Below, piece after piece: positions 51,057 to 55,360 of a stretch of 55,360 nt of DNA; position 1 is the stretch's first letter; every line of letters starts with the position of its first letter. The notes beneath the pieces are model-generated. The model was not told where the DNA came from and searched no databases. It saw nothing but the letters and a program-made list of their open reading frames with translations. This DNA is from Patescibacteria group bacterium (GTDB taxonomy: Bacteria > Patescibacteriota > Patescibacteriia > Buchananbacterales > SURF-54). The translations under genes and the position numbers were made by a program. The stretch spans positions 1-55,360 of the forward strand of contig JAHIRB010000041.1 of assembly GCA_018818885.1 (NCBI GenBank), written 5' to 3'.

Positions 51057-52262
51057 TTATAATGAATTCTGACATTCATTTCTTAAAACTTCTTCTCTGA
51101 CCATACTACAATATGTACTATCATTAAATTTCTGCGCTTTTAGATAATAGCATATATTTTGCCAATGAATAATCGTTTCATCATTACTTTGACCACCGCA
51201 TTCATCTTCTCCAAAAATTCTACCTACTACAACTGTATAACATTGATCTCGTAAGATAGTTTCTGTAATGTCGCTGCAAGCATTATGACTTCTAACATCT
51301 TTATTTACTACAAAATCATGATTGCATTTATCCCTTAAGGTAGTATCAACAATTTCTCTACAATTGAACATATGTCCAGTTTCCTTATAAATTGCATAAT
51401 CATAATAACACTTGTCTTTTAGACTAATGTCAATAATATTCGTACAAGTCGTCGAGCCTACACTCGAACGCATTGCATGTTTTTTGCATTCTAATTGACG
51501 ATTTAAATCTGGTATTTCTTCACAGATAGAAATATCTTCATAAGATATCGGAAAAATTTCTTCATAACATCTTTCTTGTGAATTTTTAATCTGTTCTCGA
51601 TCATCATTAGCATCCTTAGGAATTTTTTCGCATACAGTAATATCTTTAAATTCAATACCATAATCGATATAACAATTATATACAATATTGCTCAACATAT
51701 TTTCTTGATCACATAAACTAATATCCTCATTTTTAATGACCGGTTCTAAATATTGAGCATAACATCTAGTATATTTACTTCTTATTTCATGTGGTTCGCA
51801 TAACTCACCTGCCGTTCTCTTTTGTCTTGTATCATATTCTTGTTGCTCTTTGATTATACTAAAATAACTATATGAATCTCCACCACCACCTATATCACCA
51901 AAACTATACATTGGTTGTGAAGAAAGTATGATTAATAAACCTGAAATTGCTACAAGCAAAATCATTACTATCCATCTCTTGCTTGATGATATTCTACCAA
52001 TAAGCTTAATTATATAACTGAAAACAAATATATAGATGATTAAATGGATAATACCTAGAAATAATAAGATGGTACCTATGCTTCCCGCAGAAATTATTGA
52101 CATTATTGCCATAACAATTCCAAAAAAAGGAGGTGCCCACCCAATCATTACTAAAAAAATAATCGGTACTGGTAAAAATATTAATAAAATGATCAATAAA
52201 GCTATCTTTTCATAATTTTTTAAACATTCTGAATTTTGAGTTATTCCAAAAAGTAATTTCAT
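51057..52262 (-). CDS. Membrane protein with repeated C..I....RD.CY Cys-rich units
   Basis: N-terminal TMs followed by many paired-cysteine repeats. Confidence 0.75.
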   Translation of the reverse strand: MKLLFGITQNSECLKNYEKIALLIILLIFLPVPIIFLVMIGWAPPFFGIVMAIMSIISAGSIGTILLFLGIIHLIIYIFVFSYIIKLIGRISSSKRWIVMILLVAISGLLIILSSQPMYSFGDIGGGGDSYSYFSIIKEQQEYDTRQKRTAGELCEPHEIRSKYTRCYAQYLEPVIKNEDISLCDQENMLSNIVYNCYIDYGIEFKDITVCEKIPKDANDDREQIKNSQERCYEEIFPISYEDISICEEIPDLNRQLECKKHAMRSSVGSTTCTNIIDISLKDKCYYDYAIYKETGHMFNCREIVDTTLRDKCNHDFVVNKDVRSHNACSDITETILRDQCYTVVVGRIFGEDECGGQSNDETIIHWQNICYYLKAQKFNDSTYCSMVREEVLRNECQNSL

Positions 52263-52271
52263 ATTAAAAGA

Positions 52272-52796
52272 CTATTTTCTTATTAAAAATTTTGTTGGTG
52301 ATTTACCAAGATCAATAAAATCATCTGCAACTTCTAATAGCTTCTGAGATGTTGTTTTAGAAAAGGCGATAACTTCTACTTGACAACCTTTATTTTCTTG
52401 TAGGTATGATACTAGTGGTGCAAAATCTCCATCACCTGTTACTAAAATTAGTGAATCAAGTCTGTCTGCTAGCTTGACTGCATCAACTGCAATACCTACG
52501 TCCCAGTCTGCTTTTTTTGCTCCCGAGAAAAAAACTTGTAAATCTTTGGCTTTGACTTCAAAGCCTTGTTTTTCTAAAGCCTCGAAAAAAGATTTTTCTG
52601 CTGTTTTGCCACGTGGTATTCCGGTTGTTTCCGAAGTGATCACATACGCAATGGCACGAATTAATTTTCTTTGCGCAACTGCAACACGTAATACTTCTTT
52701 AAAATTTACTCTAGCATTATATAAATTCTTTGCTGAATGATACATGTTAGCAACATCAACAAAGACACCTACTCGTTGTTCTTTGTGTTTCATCAT
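52272..52796 (-). CDS. NYN/LabA (DUF88) PIN-like protein
   Basis: VFVDVANMY, KADWDVGIAVD, LVTGDGDF, L..AD.FIDL. Confidence 0.92.
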   Translation of the reverse strand: MMKHKEQRVGVFVDVANMYHSAKNLYNARVNFKEVLRVAVAQRKLIRAIAYVITSETTGIPRGKTAEKSFFEALEKQGFEVKAKDLQVFFSGAKKADWDVGIAVDAVKLADRLDSLILVTGDGDFAPLVSYLQENKGCQVEVIAFSKTTSQKLLEVADDFIDLGKSPTKFLIRK

Positions 52797-52859
52797 ATAT
52801 TTTTGTATTATTTTTTTTATCCTGAGCCTGTCGAAGAATCTGGTGAGGTATTACTTAAT

Positions 52860-53246
52860 TTATTTTTTTTCTTCGTCCTCTGAACTTTCCGAGGAATCTG
52901 CTTCAATTTTTGGATCATTTGCTCCGGCTTGGTGAGCTTCTTCTCTATCAATTACCTCTTGTTTCTTTTCTGCAGGTTTAGGAGTTTTGAGTTTTAAAGT
53001 CTTAACTAAGTCTTCCCAACCTTGCGCATCTTCGCGATGAAGGTAATTTAAAAGCCGCCTTCTTTCGGCAACTTTACGAATTAAACCACGACGTGAAGAA
53101 AAATCTTTTTTGTGCATCTTAAGATGCTCTGTAAGTTGTTTGATTTCTTCAGTTAATAATGCGACCTGAACTTGAGTTGAACCAGTGTCTGTTTCGTGAG
53201 TTTTAAATTTTTTGATTATTCTGTCTTTTACTTTTTTGTCTAACAT
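52860..53246 (-). CDS. rpsO: 30S ribosomal protein S15 with acidic C-terminal extension
   Basis: DTGSTQVQVALLT, HKKDFSSRRGL, RRRLLNYL. Confidence 0.97.
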   Translation of the reverse strand: MLDKKVKDRIIKKFKTHETDTGSTQVQVALLTEEIKQLTEHLKMHKKDFSSRRGLIRKVAERRRLLNYLHREDAQGWEDLVKTLKLKTPKPAEKKQEVIDREEAHQAGANDPKIEADSSESSEDEEKK

Positions 53247-53537
53247 ATTATAGTCTTTTGATTTATTAACGCATTTCCTAGCAAAAGGTCGACTGCTCCT
53301 AATCCAAGAAAGCGTACGTTATTTAGATTATTTGACATTAAGAGTGTATCATGAGGTATGAATTTTGTCAATTGTTTAGTATATTATAGCGATAAAGCGA
53401 TAGGAGCGATATAGGGATATAGTTAGCTACTCCATCGCTTTTTAACTTCATCGCTTTATCACAATTTGACATACATTGACAAAAGAAAACCGCGCCTCGA
53501 AATATTCCGTGGCGCGGCGGTATTTTTTTTCCCCTTC

Positions 53538-53918
53538 CTATGTGGCCATAACCGGCACGTTGAGTCGTTTCATAATCTCTTCCATAACCTCAGCGATCTC
53601 TATATGACCGCGTTCACGCGCGAACTCAATCGCAGTGTAACCCATTTTATCTCGTGCGGTTAATATCTCTGCCGGGTCTTTTCCCCCGAACATCTGGCTC
53701 AACATATTCGGGGCACACTCGTTACTAATCAATTGCAATAATGCCTTTGTACTTTCTGGGCACTTGCTAGTACCCATGTACTGCCAGATATTGCTACCTG
53801 AATCGGTTACTGCGTCCAACCTACCTCCTGCGGTCAATTCCGCAATCACATTAGAGGCATTATCATTCTGCAATGCCGATTCCATCGTTTGAGTGGTCAA
53901 AGGTGGTAATGAGCTCAT
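53538..53918 (-). CDS. Ankyrin-repeat-like ORFan
   Basis: ARDKMGYTAIEFARERGHIEIAEVM; GGAGG SD; own promoter; terminator at ~53488-53521. Confidence 0.65.
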   Translation of the reverse strand: MSSLPPLTTQTMESALQNDNASNVIAELTAGGRLDAVTDSGSNIWQYMGTSKCPESTKALLQLISNECAPNMLSQMFGGKDPAEILTARDKMGYTAIEFARERGHIEIAEVMEEIMKRLNVPVMAT

Positions 53919-54129
53919 AATTCCTCCATTAGTTATGGCTTAACAATCGTTGAGTACACAATATCCAATTTTGGATATTTCAATAGATATTATCATTATA
54001 TTATAGATGATGTCAAGATGTTGTTAAAAGACTAAAAGTGTCGTAAAATGAAATTAATGGAATTTATTCCATTAATTTCATCCCGAACGATCCACTTTTA
54101 TATAGTTGAGTCGAGGGATCTCCCAACCT

Positions 54130-55074
54130 ATGCCTTCCAACGAAATTCAAAAACTCTTAACTGACTTTCTAAACTACCTCGAAATAGAACGTGGTAGAAG
54201 TTTGTATACCATAAAAAACTACGAATTTTACTTAACTCGTTTTATAAAATGGTCAAAGATTACCTCCCCCGCCAAAATTGATATGGACTTAGTGCGCGAA
54301 TTTAGACTTTGGCTAAATAGACTTTCAAGAAAAGATGGAACATTAAAAAAATCTACACAAAACTATCACTTGATAGCATTAAGAGCATTTTTGAAGTATC
54401 TGACAATACGTGACATCAAAACAATGGCACCAGAAAAAATTGAGCTAGCAAAAATGCCTCAAAGACAAGTTGAATTTTTAGAAGGTTCTGATTTAGAACG
54501 TCTTTTGACTGCTCCCCTACAAACAGACGACAAAAAAATAATTCAAACACGCGATAAGGCAATACTTGAATTATTCTTCTCCACCGGACTTAGAGTTTCC
54601 GAACTAGCGTCAATAAAAAGAGAAAATGTTAATTTTAAAAAAGACGAATTTACTATTCGAGGCAAAGGTAGCAAACTCCGCATTGTCTTTATGTCTAACC
54701 AAGCTAAGCACTGGGTAAAAGAGTATCTAAATAAACGATCAGATCCAACTGAATGGTTATTTATAAGACACGACAAAGCAAAAAGATCATCAGAAAATAA
54801 AGGAAAACATACAGAAGGATTAACACCACGTTCTATTCAAAGATTAGTGCAAAAATACACCAAACGCGCAGGCATCACTAAACATGTCAGCCCACACACC
54901 TTAAGACACTCATTTGCCACTGATTTACTAAAAGGTGGTGCTGATATCAGAGAAGTTCAAGCAATGCTTGGTCATGCATCAATTACCACAACACAAGTCT
55001 ACACTCATATTACAGATAAACATTTAAGTGAAATACATAAGAAATATCATGGGAAAAGTATTGAAGACAAGTAA
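54130..55074 (+). CDS. xerC: XerC/XerD-family tyrosine recombinase
   Basis: RDKAILELFFSTGLRVSEL, GKGSK.R, HTLRHSFAT, LGHASITTTQVY. Confidence 0.88.
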   Translation: MPSNEIQKLLTDFLNYLEIERGRSLYTIKNYEFYLTRFIKWSKITSPAKIDMDLVREFRLWLNRLSRKDGTLKKSTQNYHLIALRAFLKYLTIRDIKTMAPEKIELAKMPQRQVEFLEGSDLERLLTAPLQTDDKKIIQTRDKAILELFFSTGLRVSELASIKRENVNFKKDEFTIRGKGSKLRIVFMSNQAKHWVKEYLNKRSDPTEWLFIRHDKAKRSSENKGKHTEGLTPRSIQRLVQKYTKRAGITKHVSPHTLRHSFATDLLKGGADIREVQAMLGHASITTTQVYTHITDKHLSEIHKKYHGKSIEDK

Positions 55075-55178
55075 CAAGTGTCAAGGCACAAGGTACAGTT
55101 GACAAAATATAAAAATTAGTATAGAATTGGTAATTGTATCCCACTACTTGATACTTGTTACTTGGCACTTGACGACAT

Positions 55179-55237
55179 GTCCCTGTAGCTCCCCGCACAA
55201 CTCACTACGTTCGTATGCGGGGCAAGCAACTGGATAG
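55179..55237 (+). pseudogene. tRNA 5' fragment interrupted by a palindrome
   Basis: GTCCCTGTAGCT[36-bp insert]CAACTGGATAG; no anticodon or T arm follows. Confidence 0.6.
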
Positions 55238-55262
55238 TATAACAATCCCCGCCATCACCCAT

Positions 55263-55334
55263 GCCCCTGTAGTTCAACGGATAGAACAAGGGCCTTCTAA
55301 GCCTTAGATATAGGTTCGATTCCTATCGGGGGCA
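55263..55334 (+). tRNA. tRNA-Arg(TCT)
   Basis: Acceptor GCCCCTG/CGGGGGC, anticodon loop CTTCTAA, GGTTCGATTCC; CCA not encoded. Confidence 0.95.
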
Positions 55335-55360
55335 TAGGTGATGGCAGCCGTAAGTTGTCC

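Noticed and set aside
54130-55334. Prophage or island integrase at tRNA-Arg
   Set aside because: The protein resembles housekeeping XerC and no phage genes are adjacent within the window; sequence beyond the right edge is unseen.

Overview
AT-rich chromosomal window that by gene content and protein style looks like a Patescibacteria (CPR, Parcubacteria-like) genome; this is inferred, not proven. Housekeeping genes include secG, rnj, trpS, gdhA, murI, glyA, folD, pyk, groES/EL with a perfect CIRCE, rmuC, comM, lspA, pnp, rpsO and a XerC-like recombinase, plus tRNA-Leu(CAG) and tRNA-Arg(TCT). Most notable: (1) Elp3 is divergently paired with a Trm9/ALKBH8-like methyltransferase, a candidate eukaryote-type mcm5U34 tRNA modification module. 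(2) Downstream of comM and a REP-associated (RAYT) HUH transposase, three unrelated ORFans are each preceded by a copy of the same dead gene 3' end (..QxxTxYxYELxREL.. stop) with synonymous divergence, giving a cassette-like array. (3) A GC-richer late-purine island (purB, split purH, purE, purC) has two units sharing the same promoter boxes and a leader terminator. (4) A probable Trp T-box is riddled with REP palindromes and separated from trpS by two small genes. (5) Several palindromic and short-period repeat families insert into genes, RNAs and terminators. (6) Most core genes lack Shine-Dalgarno motifs while accessory genes have strong ones. No CRISPR array, rRNA or reverse transcriptase was seen. 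All assignments come from motif recognition by eye; no searches were run.
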